Source of the DNA: Marsupella aquatica
Lineage: Eukaryota; Plantae; Marchantiophyta
Length of the DNA stretch: 64,000 nt
Direction of reading: 5' to 3'
NCBI GenBank assembly: GCA_973895155.1
Contig: OZ316894.1
Coordinates: 4,302,944-4,366,943, forward strand
Shown here: positions 39,824 to 52,883 of the stretch, piece after piece
Layout of the letters: the number at the start of each line of letters is the position of its first letter
Position numbering within the stretch: position 1 is the stretch's first letter
Notes under the pieces: model-generated
What the model saw: only the letters and a program-made list of their open reading frames with translations
Told to the model about the DNA's origin: nothing
Database searches by the model: none
Made by a program: the position numbers and the translations under genes

Positions 39824-39872
39824 GGTTTAGGGTTTAGGGTTTAAGGGTTTAGGGTTTAGGGTTTAGGGTTTA
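39824..39872. repeat. Interstitial telomeric repeat (TTTAGGG)n
   Basis: About 6-7 units with one TTTAAGGG variant. Confidence 0.9.
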
Positions 39873-41494
39873 ACATATAAATAAGGAGGCACTTTAAACC
39901 AACTCAGTTATTCTGCTTGATCGAGTTTTCACAATGTTTATTTGATGCTACTAGGGTATGTCAGTATTCAAAGGCGCATCAAGAGAGTTTTTTGGCCATA
40001 ATTTGTTGTTTAAGGTCTTTAGGGGTGAAACTTTTTATGCTGCAAGTTGCTGTTGCTTGAGCTTTGCTTGAGATTTACCCACTAATTAGTTTCCTCTTTT
40101 GTTAGCATTGGTTTAGTAAGGGGTAACCGCTAATTATTGAATTTTGGTGTGGTTAGCCAGGGGTACTAGAAACCAACCAAACTTTAAGTTAGTGAGTTAT
40201 TATCTTGAGTTTTCAGATTGTCTTAACTAGTAGGGGACAGGCGGTTGGATTTTTGGCATCTAGTTAGATACCCCTGCTTGACCCTCTTATCTCTAGTCTT
40301 TTTGGCTTTTTGGCCTTTTCTTGTTCTCCCTTGATTGGGTTTTTGGCCCGTGAGATCTTGTCTCCCACTTGGACGCCTTCTACTGCTTGGCAATAAGTTT
40401 GATATATTTTTTCTGGTGCTATTAGGGTACGTTAGTATCCAAAGTGTCTCAGCCCTTGAAGGACACTATTTAAGCCTTGTCTTGATAATTTCATTGATGG
40501 TCTCTTTTCTACACACATACATTGTCTACCCGATTGTGTAGAATGATACTAGTTACATTAATTGTAATATTGAGGAATATTGTTTCCCGTATTGTTTGCT
40601 TAAGGAGTTTAGGGTTTAGGGATTCAATTTAAATACACATTAAGAAGTTAGCTCCAAGGGAGTTTGGGCCATACCTCCATCTCCTTGTGGATGCATGGGG
40701 ATGTGGAAAGCAAGGACATAGCATAAGTCTAAACCCTAAACATACCCTAAGACCTTTTGATGGCTTTTATTAAAGCTGTTGCTACATATCATCAAACTGG
40801 TAGAAAACAATATATTAAAGGGGCCTTTCAGTCATTGAACCTTATCATATTGCTCTGACCAGAAGCTTCCATCACCAGATTTTTCCAAAATTTTGAACAC
40901 TTTAATAAAGATATTTGTAAAGTAAGTAGGTCCTGAGTTCCACCCTAAATTTAATCTAACTCAAGATCAGACGTGCTAATTTTCCATTAGTCATGAAGTA
41001 CATCGATCCTAGTACTCTGGTTGCCCTTTGCGCCACTTGATCATGTTGCTAATGCAATGTACTACAACTAGATGCTTCTTGCACATTACTCTAGTTACCC
41101 TCCTTGCCAATCTATTGTGTTGCCACAGCTGCATTGTGCTCCACTCAAACTCAGCTGGTTGCCCTCGTTGCCAACCAAACGTGTTGCTCCCGCAGTGTGC
41201 TCCTTGCAATTCACTCTGGTTGCATTGTCTGGTGGCTTGCCAATTGTTTGTGTTGCACTATGTGTCATCCAAAATTGTTGCCCTCTCCATTTTGTTTCAA
41301 CTAAGGATTTTGGGGGCAGCAAGATGGCAAATGGAGATTCAGATGATCAATGCAATCAATTTTTTGGGAAGCCTGCCTATGGAGGAAATGCTCCCTCCAC
41401 TGGTGCATGACCCATGCAAGGCACAACCAGGCCAATGATGATTTGTGTGCTCAAACACTAGTCATATCAAATTTTACCCATTGTTTTGTAATTT

Positions 41495-44300
41495 ATGCCA
41501 CTATTGACCTTGGCTACATTGTGCTGGTTGTCTAAGATTTTTGGGGTACCCTTGTACATCAATTTGGTCCCAATTAGAGGTAACAAGCCTTGGAGATTGC
41601 ACAACAAACTAGCCTTGTCATCCATTGCCATGAGAATGACATTTGGAAGTATCTTCAGACATGCGTGTGTCATTTCCACTAGGTGCAGCAACTCAAACTT
41701 ACTCTAGTGTTAATGGATGCCACTGCACTTGACACTCCACCAACTACTTCCAGATGAGTGGAAAGTCTCACAAGTGCACATATGACTCAAGGGATGTAGT
41801 TGTTGAATCAGCTAGAGATGCTACCACACCAAAGAGCTTGGAATTTGGAAGCTTGTAACTATGGTTTTGGAGTGATTTGCATAAAGATGGTCCCACTGCC
41901 TAACACCTTGTTACTCATTGTCTGGTGAGAGTCTGGTGAGTGTGTAATGTTTTATACTAGGGACCCTTACTTCTATACCAATGTTTCACTTAAGGCAACT
42001 TAGTATGGGAGATTGAACCACAAACTAGGTTTGCAAGCCATTGCCATGAGAATGACATTTGGAAGTTTGTATGGTCTTTGAGTGATTTGCATATTAAGTT
42101 GGCCCTAGCACCCAACACCTTGGTAACTCAAACACTAGTGTTAGCATATTTTGATAGATTCTTTTGTAATTGAGGTCCATCAAGTGATCCTTGCCATTGC
42201 CTGGTGATTGTGTAAGGTTGTATGGGGCCGGACCCTTCTATATATAGCAATCTTTCACTTAAATAGGGCAACAAGTCTAGGAGATCGCACAAAAAACCAA
42301 CTTTCAAGCCATTGCCATGAGAATGATTTTTGAAAGTAGTTATGTGGGTTTGTCGTTTTGGTTGCATGGAACAACTCAAAATCTTGTGCTTAGAGACACA
42401 TGCGATTGCATTTTCCACTCCAAGAGCCACTTCCAAACAAGTGCTACAACACACAAGTGTATATATATCACTAGCTCAAGGGATGCAGTTGTTTAATAAC
42501 CGATTGAAAATGCTACCATTAATACCAAAAGAGCTTGGCATTTGGAAGTTTGTATCATGGTCTTGAATTGAGTCATTTGCATAAAGTGATCCTAGTACCC
42601 AACACTTTGGGTGCTAAAACACTAGTCATAGCATATTTTGACCAAATGTCATTCTTATGGTATTGGATGGCAAGGCTAGTTTGTTTTGCACTCTCCCAAG
42701 CTTGTTCTCCATAAATACGTGAGACATTGGTATAGAAAGGTACCCCAACAATGTTAGACAACCAGCACACTGTAGCTAGGGTCAAGTGCTACAATTACAA
42801 AACAGTGCATAGTGTCAAGTACCTCCATCGATCTATGTGTCATTTCCACTAGGTGGAGAAACTCAAACTCTAGTGCTAACATATGTCAGTGCACTTGCCA
42901 CTCCAACAACCACTTCCAAATGGGGTCATTGTAGCGTGCGAGGAAACAGTAAAAAAATTCCTTGCACGGGCACATTTTCTCCTTGCAATATGCAAAATCT
43001 GTCATGAAAATTGCCTTGCTAGCATGAAGTGACTCTCACTAGCCTAATTTAACTATTTGTTTTTAAACATAAACATCACTGTCTCATTGGATTTACCACT
43101 TGTTTGCTGTTTGCTATTTGCTGTCACAGTGGTTATACCCTAAAAACAACATCATGAGAACGGGCAAGGACTAACGGTCCAAACTTAAGCAATCCCAGGA
43201 GCACATTCCCAGACAGAATCCAAAGCACCCTACAATCTCCCGCTTGCCACCATCCCCCATATCTCACTTGGACCTTTGGCCACCTCTCCATTCCTCCCAT
43301 TTTGGTCATTGTTTTCCCCTTCTCTTCTCCACGGGACTCCAAGTTAGAGTGCTTTTCTTCTTCTCTCTGCGGGACTGCAAGCGTTCTAGTGTTCTAGCAA
43401 CGATCTCCTCTTGTCGTGGCATTGCACAATATACCTCCATGATTACATGCACAAGGGATTTATAAGTTTGGTTCCTTGACATCTTATCCCCCGGATGTTA
43501 CTTTCCTCTATGCACTAGTTCAAGGTATCTCAGTTCTTTTCGTCTTCTCTAAGTTTTGGCCCACTATTTGTTCAGCTTTGAGGTGTAGAAGGTCATTCCC
43601 AAAGACCCAACATATGTTCCTTTGACGCCTTCGGAAAATGCCAGACATAAGTCAATGTTGAGTGTTTGTTACCCTAAGATTGACCCCTGTCCAAGAGCGG
43701 CCGTTGCTGGATCGGATGATGAGTTCACAATCCAGGAGATGAATAGGCTAGACCTTCAAGCGAGAAAGATGAATTTGACCTGGAGTAAATTGGTTACCAT
43801 CGACTCTTACAATTTTTCTGTGTGTAAGTTTTTGGCGATCCATACTTTCCATGTAAAGAGGGACCATGTTTTGATGAAAGTGTGTGCTATTTGGTGATTT
43901 TTTTTTAATGTCAATGTGTGGAGACTCAAGTATGGAATGCATATGAGAATGATGCATGTTTTTCCTTGTTATATTACTTTCATTACTGGACCGGAGGGCA
44001 AATTGAGAAATTTGGCCTTTGTTTTTCCCGGAATGTATTATGACTTTGACGGAAGAAATTGCCTCGCTAACAATACTGCCTCGCTAGCAAAATCTTCTCA
44101 TTGCTTGGACCATAGAAGTCCTCTTCCAAATGAGTGGTAAATTTCATAGGTGCACATGATATGATCGACTCAATGGATGGAGTCGTTTAATCTATTGGAG
44201 ATGCTACCACACCAAAAGAACTTGGCATTTGGAAGTTGGGATGGTCTTGGAGTGATTTGCATTAAGATGGTCTTAGCACCCAACACCTTGGGTGATCAAA
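41495..44300. repeat. Complex array of diverged direct and inverted repeat modules
   Basis: CATTTGGAAGTTTG…GAGTGATTTGCAT…CCCAACACCTT modules at ~41640, 41840, 42055, 42540 and 44225. 42640-42786 is an inverted copy of ~41503-41650, and 42835-42921 repeats 41665-41755. Confidence 0.7.
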
Positions 44301-45934
44301 GACTGTGGAGTCATAACCTTATTGACCCTTAATTACAATCTTGATCTAGGACTAATTTAGTCTTACTCTAAGGAGGTGCCAAAAAAACTGGATCTCAACT
44401 TTCAAAATTAAGGAATGAGTAATTATTATTCTCAACATTGGGAGATAAGAAATATATATAGAGAGGCAAAGATGGTTTAGGAATATGGATAGGAATGTTT
44501 AGACCTTAAGGTTGACACAAAATTGTGGGCAGAACATTGTGCAGTGCCAAGGAACAATTAATTAAATAATAAATATTGGTACAGTACTTGGTTTGTTTTA
44601 CTGTACACCTCCCTTTATTTGTAGTTCATACCTGATTATGACTTTTAAACCATTCTCTGGTGTAACCATTGTAGCAATAAATTACAAATTGATCACTATG
44701 TTTAAAACCCTAATATACTAGAAAGTTGTGTTGAAATTGAGGTTAGGTAATACCTTGGTTCTTTAGCTTACCATAGACAATATCAGTCAAGAGAAGGGAC
44801 TCTTCTTTTGGTTGAAATGATATCATTTCCAAAAACTTCATTTTGATTTTAAGAAAGGGTGTAACATAGTCAAAGAACGGACATGTCAAATTTCTATGTG
44901 TCCACATATCCTTATGTAATTTGATCATGTAAAGTACAAACATAATAAAAATTGAAATGATTACCTTAAGTAAATGATTTTCTACCTGTGGGGATTAGGA
45001 GCAGTCTAGGGATAGGGGACCGGTGTTTTAGGGCTGGTGTCACGTCGTAGGCTTCGGCCTTAACTCAGACTTCAGCTTAGACGGGCACATCCCTCGTAAA
45101 TCTGAGGGTTCGGGCAGGAAGGGAAGCACGTAATGCACCTTATTCTCGTAAACTAGCGCTAAGTGCGCATACTGCTAAATACGGACACCTCCTAGGTATG
45201 GTTTGTGTTCCGCCGCCGGAACGTACCTTAGTCGATAGCAGGATCGACCCCGGCTTAAGGGCTTCTAAGCCTTCGTGCTGTCCGCCTTCGATCCGGATTC
45301 GATGATACAGGTCCTCAACCCGTGCTCGCAACCACTTACCCGCAGGCTGCACCCTGTGCACGTCTCGGGTAGTGCGTTCGGCCTGGCGCTGCCACCCATA
45401 TACGAGAAACCCACACACATATGCGCACACATGCATACAATCTCGATTTACACGAAGGAAAATGATGGGAAAGGATTTTACTACAAAGGGAACATATGCG
45501 TACACTTAGTTGACACGACAGCCCTAGAATGCACAGGTTCAAGGCCGAGGGTGCACACTACAACAGAGCCCGGCTCCGCACTCGCCCGGCGAGCTTAGTC
45601 CTACCCCCTCCCTTTGGTACTCTATCATTCCCAGAGGTCGGGACTCCCCGCATGTCCCGCAGATGTCCGACTCTGAAACTAAAAACCCCCCCTGCCTCTA
45701 CTGAGGGGTGCACTAAATACTAAGAGCCGAGGGACGGGGTGTCCTCTCGCCGAAGATTCACTGACTAAGGTCCTAACTAAGCTGACAGTCAGGCCGGAAA
45801 ACGGCTGTGTCTTATTAGAAGATCCTAATCTACGCAGGCTGGACAGCAGGGTAGCGCTGCTGTACCTAAGGCAGGTGCCTGTCCCAAGAGCCTGACTAAG
45901 CCAATCCTAATCCTAATCTATTCCTACTCCGCCG

Positions 45935-48601
45935 CTAATGCCTGGCACGCTTGCCAGAGCCGCCCGAATGGGAACGGCCATCCCGCTGCCTTCGAAGCCT
46001 GTCATTGTCCACTTTGAGGAGCTGGACCTGGTCCAGCAGAGATTCGTTCTCTCACCTCGCCGCGTCCGTCTCCTCTGCTGCCTCCTGACATGCCTCCTCC
46101 AGCTGCTGGGCGTCGCTCGTCAGTTTACCCGCCAGCTGGTCCTGCTTCTCGGCCTCAGTTTGGAGCCGCACCATCTCGGCCTGCAGCGTGGCTATCTCCG
46201 TCGCGTCCCACTGGGCTCGCTCCTCGGCCTCCTCCAGGTCTTTCTGCCAGGTGACAGCTTGTTTCTTCAAACTGTCAATCTGGTTCTGGAGTCGTGTAAT
46301 CTCGGCCTCGTTCCCAGCTTTGGCCTGTTCGGCTAGGGCGGTAAGAGCGTACGCCTTTGCTAACAACTCATCGGCGGCTGCAACCTTGGGTCGTAGTTGC
46401 AGAAGCTCAGCCTCTTGAGCCACCACTTCATTCTTTAGGTACACGGACTCCACCCGGTACCGCTCTATCCTTTGAAGGGCCTCCGACTGGGCCCGACCTG
46501 CCTTTACGGCGGCAACCAACTCCTGATTGAAGAAACAGGCTACCTTCCGGGCCATGAACTCCCCGGTATCCCGGGCAATTTGATGAGAGAAATCTCCCAG
46601 AAGCCCGTTCAGAAACATACCCTATACGAAGAGTTCCGGGTGGTCCAAGTTGTGCCTGTCCGGATTTGGGCACGGGCAGACATCAACACGCGCAGGGGCC
46701 GGGGCAGTCATGTCCAGCCCTGGGGACATAACGTTGGAAGGGGCTGGAGTGTCCTCCTGCAGCGATGTCCGGTTCTCCGGAATTGCCACCGGCGGGTCCT
46801 TGGGAGACCCGGGTTCGGGTAAGACCTCTGCCATACCAACTTCTGTACTTAGCCCGGCTAGTTGGGTCGCATCAATGGTTGCGACGACCGACCCCTCCGG
46901 CGCCTCCTCGGTTACGATTACAGCTATTTGTGGAGGTGGGGTGGGTGAAGCTGGCGTGTCCACTGGACTTCGGGCCTCGGGTTGGGGCCGTCTCTCCAAT
47001 GCCGGAAAAACCCACCTAGCTGGGACCAGCTTTGTAACATTGATGCGGGGAAGGGTTCGTAGATCAAACCGGGCGTACCACTCAAGAATGATTTCGATGT
47101 GGCTAGCAAAATACGCCTTCCCGCCAATGTACAGCGTCTTCCTTTGCCGCTCCATCTCTTCATGGAATTTCTTAGCGAAGTACGACGCCCATTTCCTAGG
47201 TCGATAGTTCTCGACCTGGATAACCTGGGCGGCGGAGATCTCCCCCCGGGGTTCCATCATGTGGAGAGCGTACCTCTGGAACTCCAGCCGCTCAGCTATC
47301 TCGGGCATGAGGCAGGTCCTCATCACGAACCCATTGTCTACTGATCCCTCTGAGGGAAAACTTGAAGATTGGTACTTGGCCCCCTTGCCCCCGGGAGCCC
47401 GTGATTCGACTCGATGGTCACCTTCGGGTAACCCGAAGATCATCTTGAGCCGTTCTTCTGTGAGGGACATATTCCTTCCCCGCAGCCGAGTCTGTTGATG
47501 TACGTCGTCATAATTCTTGACGAATTCTGTCATGTCCTCCCCGTAGTACCTGCAAGTGTTCCAGGGGAGAGAGGTGAGGTGCTCAAATCCCTGAGTCTTT
47601 AGGTACACCGCATGCTTGGGATGGAGGATGTTGCTATGAACGTTTTCCCCCATGCGATGCATCGTCACCTTGGCTACGGCTACCGTGGCCAACGGTAACC
47701 CGGATGCAGTGGCGGATTCCTTCCTCTTCTTTCTCCGTGACTGACTCGGGGAAGGTGATACTTCCCCATCCTCCCGATCGGGCCTGGGGAGTGCCACTGC
47801 GGTTGGTAACCGGCCCGGGGCGGCCACGGTCACTATGTTGTCTGCTGGGGCCGCTCCTGGGGTCAGAGTAGGGGGTGGGGACGATATAGTGTCGGCCCCC
47901 CGAGCACTTGTTCCTCTGGGCCGCCTGGTCAAGGGTGGGGTAGCCTCGTCATCATCGCTAAGATCCACAGCGTTGATGACGGAGCGTACCTGTGCTGGCT
48001 GGGTGATAGGTGGTGGGGTTTGGCTAGGCTGCGGCTGAGGCTGAGGCTGAGGCTGAGGCTGAAGCTGAGGTTGAGGCTGGGGTTGCATGGGCACGGGTAC
48101 GGGTACGGGTACGGGTCCGGCTGAGTTGGTCATGTTGGTTGATGGTCGAGTTCCCATGAAGCTCTGCAGGTGCTGGTAGAAGTTCTCCGAAGCGAGTGCG
48201 GACGCCCCTGTCGAACGGTTGGTACTGGACTCGCCGTTAATGACAGCCCAAACCTGGGCAGGGATGTGGTCGAAGTGATGTCGCTGCAGGTCGATTGTAC
48301 CCGGGATTTTGAAGACCTCATCCGGAAGCCGAAGCAATGCTTCCCAGAACCCGATATATTTGTCTCCGTTGAAGAAGTACCCAGATACCTCAGCTGGTTG
48401 GTAAAGCTCGCTCTGAGACGGGTAGTCAAAGTTAAGGACGTAGTGGTGTCGTCTTGCTAGGCGGATGGCTCTCTCGTATTTGCGTTCGATCTCGTATCGG
48501 CGCGGGTTGGCGTGTTTCAATGAATCGGCCAAGTGCCTTCCGGTAGATAGGAACTGCATCCAGAATCGAATGGCCGAGCTGGAGAGGATCGTGTGCGACA
48601 T
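45935..48601 (-). pseudogene. Retrotransposon-associated PMD/Transposase_32-like domain + C-terminal coiled-coil protein (~888 aa) with two premature stops
   Basis: A single reading frame runs through stops at 46622 (TAG) and 46052 (TGA) to TAG at 45935. Core EFVKNYD…TRLRGRNMSLTEERLKMIFGLPEG; PQ/PV repeats; NLS-like RRKKRK. Confidence 0.7.
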
Positions 48602-48700
48602 TCAGAGGAGATAGTAGTGGCGACCTAGAGAGAACGAGAGAGCTGGGGTCGAAGCTGGCGCGCGGACTGATGGACTGGTGCACTACAAAGGGTTGGCTCC

Positions 48701-48709
48701 CCTTTTATA
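48701..48709 (-). promoter_or_regulatory. Putative TATA box (TATAAAAGG) for the leftward ORF
   Basis: ~100 bp upstream of the ATG at 48601; a counterpart ATATAAAC at ~49219 precedes the rightward ORF. Confidence 0.45.
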
Positions 48710-49501
48710 CTTTGAGGGCTTGTCGATCCCCGACGTCTCCTCGACGCCCATAGGTTGAACCGCTCACGCTTGTGGTGTACCGGCCACTCCGCCGGTCTGA
48801 GTCAGCGTGCGTCAGTGGCCGCTTCCTTAAGTTCGTTATACGGACCCGAGGGAGGGGCCCCTCCACGCTCGTAATCCGGGTGTGCGAATAGCGACCCGCC
48901 GCCAGCCCGAACCTGAAGTCCCCCTTATTGCCTAATGATGTCCTACCCCTAATGATTACCTAAATACTGTCGTTATGCTAATAATAGCGGCCTAAGACCC
49001 ACCTAACGTGCGTGCCGAGCGCAGTTAGACTGAATCACTCATTAACCGCCGTACCGGCGGCATCATAGCTGGACTTTTTTACTCCCTCCAAATTGACCCT
49101 GTGGCCGCCTGGTCAGTACTGTCCTTGTGATGCCTAGCCAGGAATCACTCGGCCAGTTAAGTGGGTAAAGCAGGAGTGCACCCTAGAAACACCTTAGTAT
49201 AGGGACAAAACAAGGACAATATAAACAATTAGGGGTGACTATGGAACCCGGGCCGAGGCCGGAGGTAAGGACGCTGGGGGTGAAAACAAGATTAGGGTTA
49301 GGGCGCGCTAAGCGTCGGCGGCTAGGAAGGATCAACGGGAGGAAGGACTGGAAGAGGAGAGGGGTAAGGAGCGCTTGCAGGGAATGGTGGCTCATTTGCG
49401 AGCACGAACTAGGCAGACAACTACGGGAGGCCAACTACTGTTAGCTGCTTAGGCAAGCACTCGGGGAGAGAGTAGATACCGACGATCGACCTAAGGAGGG
49501 T

Positions 49502-52500
49502 ATGAGCAACGTCAATCAAGCGGCACATTTCTAGGGATGCCTGTTCGAACGGGCAACTGAGTACATCAAGACTTACGAGGACGAAGAATCAGAAAGGGCA
49601 GCTCGAGAACGGCAGGAGCTCGCTCGATTGTGGGAGCTGCAGAAGACGGCTTTCTTAGGAGGCAAACTCATCAAGGCCGAGTTCTTGTGGACTCCTACTT
49701 CCAATCAGCTCGACAATCTTCTGTTTTGCGAAGATAGAGTCGTCGGCATCCGAGAAGCCATCAAACGCTGCAACAACATACACTGGGAGTTGAAGGGTAG
49801 CACGGAGGGGTGGACAAAGGCAACCGTGCTAGGAGAAACCTCCACGGCAGCCAAAATGAAGAGGAAGGGAGCCGTCAACGATGAAGCCACCCCGGCAAAA
49901 AGAATGAGGTCGGCGGCACCAAAGAGGCCAGCCGAGCAGCAGAGCAGGAGGCAGGGAGAAGCCGAAGAGGATGATCCCATCAATGCCATTCCAACCAGGG
50001 ATGACACCTGGAAAGGCTGGGCGGCAACCCTACCGAGGTGCAACTACATTTTGCACGAGAGGAGGATGCATGCTTTACGGCCATGCAGACCAAGAAGTAC
50101 CAAGGCTTCATGGCCGGATCCGGCTTAGAGGCCTTTGTAAGATTACCATGGCTGAAGCCGGAGGTGCCGGATTTAGACCTATTAGAATTCGTGGGGTCAT
50201 GGGAACCCAAGACCAATTCCACGAGGATATATGGGAAGGATTTCTATCTTACTCCCAAGGTGATTGCCGAAGTGTTTGGCTTGCCGATAGGCAATAAGAC
50301 CAAAGTTGATACCAGGAAGACCTTGCCTGACAAGGAGTTCCGATCGTTCCCCGGGCCATCAACGAAGAATGGCTTCTTCCGGAACACCTGCACCAACCCG
50401 CACATAGGAGAGATGATCGACTTCTTGCGGGTGACCATGCATTGTAACTTGCCAAGGGCAGAGATCGGCAAGGCATAGGTCTATCTGGCAGAGAGGCCAG
50501 ACCCAAGCCGGGACTACAACGGGTACCTCCTCAACCAATTGAAGAAGATCTTAAAGGAGGAGCAGCAAGTAATCGGCGTGGGGAGCGTGTCGCGGCTTGG
50601 CTATCACATGCCGCTGTTGTGCCGGTATGCCAGAGGTCAGACCTTTGCCCCAGTACTTCCCCTGCAGGTAAGGGCACCCAAGGAAGCTCTCGCACCGAGG
50701 CCGGTAGTAGAGAAGCCTCAACCACCTGTTATCCCTATGATTGAGCAGGTGTTTAGGCCAAGGAAGGAAGACTTGCCGATGCAGCAACCAAGCATGCAAA
50801 ATCTGCTGAAAATGCTGGAGAAGGAAAAGACGACACTGGCACCAGGTTTGGCAGCGGCACCAATACAGGACACTGCCCCAGAGGTCAACCTAAGCAGACT
50901 TAGAAGGGAAAACCCCTTTACCGGAAATAAGGAGAGAATCAGGCCAGAATCCAAGCCGGGTGTTTGAATGTACGTGGGAGTCTCAAGCTCTGAATCTGAG
51001 GCAGAATTGCCTGAAGCTCCTACCGGCGAAGAGGAGAGGGAGAAGCCGGAAGTCCAAGAGGTGGAGGAGGCAGTGGAGGACAGCAGCCATGATAACTCCG
51101 GCTATGGGTCGGACCATCACGTTCCAGGAGTAAGGACCGGTGGCCGGTTTATCCCCACACTTCCAAGGGTAGTTCGAGGGGACCCCAACCAGTAGAGTAG
51201 CCCCGAGTCTCCCCCGCCAGATGTTGTTCCCCCGAGCTTTGATGGCATAAAGCAGACGGCACAGGAATTTCAGGAGCGACTTAGGGAAGCAGAGGAGGCA
51301 GCCCTGGCTAGGGAAAAGGATTTGCCAGGAGGAGATTGGCTGGAGGACATCAGGCGGCTAGCCGAACAAGGAAGCAAACCTCTAGCCACGATTGAAGAGA
51401 TCCGCAAGACGGCTTGGGAGCAGAGGCCGCGTTGGGCGATGCCGATCACTTCTACTTACTCCACCTACGCTAAGAATAGAGCCATGGAGTATGGTGAGAT
51501 ATGTGGGGAACTTGCGCTCGGCATCTTTGGGGAGGAGTTGGAGGTAGGACCCTTTTTCCATAGGGAGCAGTTGGAGAAGCACCAATTAGAAGAAGCGGTG
51601 GCTTTAGAGAGAAGCAAGAAGGACGAGGTCATCCGGCGGCTTAGGAGGATGGAAGCCAAGATTGAAGATCTAAGGGCGGCCAAGAAAGCCCAAGATGAAC
51701 TGCGGATTAAGCGGCATGAGCTGAACATCATGCAGGGGCAGTTGGACACCGCGCAGGCTGATAATCAGACTATCAAGGATAAACTGACTCAGACCCAGGG
51801 AGAATTGGCCGACGCAATCAAGGACAGGGAGAAATGGAAGAAGGAGCTGAGAGACGCAGAGGAGGCCCATATAGCAGTCAACAACCGGGTCGCGGCGGAG
51901 ACTCAGAAAAGGGAGAGGGCACTGAAGGAAGAGCTTGAGGTCATCCGCAGAGCCCTTGAGCAGAAGGAGGCCGAGTTAGGGAAATCCTATCAAGGGATTA
52001 TTGCGCTACAACAGGAGCTTGCGTCCCTGACGGCCAGCTTCAAGGCCGACCTACGGGAGAAGGACGCCCAGCTCGACCAAACTTATGCCAAGATGAATAA
52101 CATGGAGTCTGAGGTCGTAGCGGAGCTCGACAAGGAGCTAAGAGCAACCCAGGAGGAGAGGGCTACCACCAAGAAGGAATTGGAGGAAGCCCACGGGAAT
52201 TGGAGGAAGCCAAAAACGAGCTGGAGGAGGCACGTAAGGACCTGGATGAGACCCAAGAGGAGTTGGAGGAAATCACGACGAAGATGGAGAATCTACAGCG
52301 GCGGGCCGACAACCAAATAGAGCGGCTGAAAAAACAAGCCGCAGTATTTAAATGCTTAGCTGCATCAGGTCCATCTCCCGTTGGGGCAAACCAGTTACCC
52401 GGGGTGGTAATTGCTGAAGGACCAGCCGTGACACACGGCCCGGTGTCGGACGTTGGCGGCAAGGGGAAGGAACCGGCTATAGAGATAGTGAAGAAGAAGA

Positions 52501-52883
52501 AGCGGAAACCTTCGGGGTCCGGAGGTTATTCGACCCCTCAAGCCGTACTCAAACCGGTACCAACCTCCGGCATGAACACGGCAATAGATCCTGCTATCAC
52601 CAAAGGTGGGGATGGTGCGGCCCAAGCCGAACTACTCAGTAATGAGGCCGGTATCCCAGATCCACCTCTTGAGCAGGCCGGGGAGGCCGTAGCCGTAGCC
52701 GAGGCTGAGGCCGTAGCCGAGAATGATTTCCGAGCCGAGGCCGAAGCCGAGGGTGGGCCCAGTCAGGCCGATGGAGAGTTGACTCAGTCAAGGACAGGTA
52801 ATCTGTCAGAAAATGAACCTACGGTAGTGGTTGCGGAGGAAGCGTTGGGGGCGTCCATTGAGGATCCACCACCGGTGTCGTGA
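49502..52883 (+). pseudogene. Paralogous PMD/Transposase_32-like + long coiled-coil protein (~1100 aa), disrupted
   Basis: ATG at 49502; stops at 49532, 50476, 50965 and 51193; frameshifts at ~50040 and ~52195. Core EFVGSWE…TRIYGKDFYLTPKVIAEVFGLPIG aligns with the leftward ORF. Coiled coil at 51560-52350. Confidence 0.7.

Noticed and set aside
45938-52625. Numerous antisense/overlapping ORFs in the GC-rich element (e.g. 46650-47207, 51465-51749)
   Set aside because: Shadow ORFs expected in GC-rich coding DNA opposite the two main reading frames.
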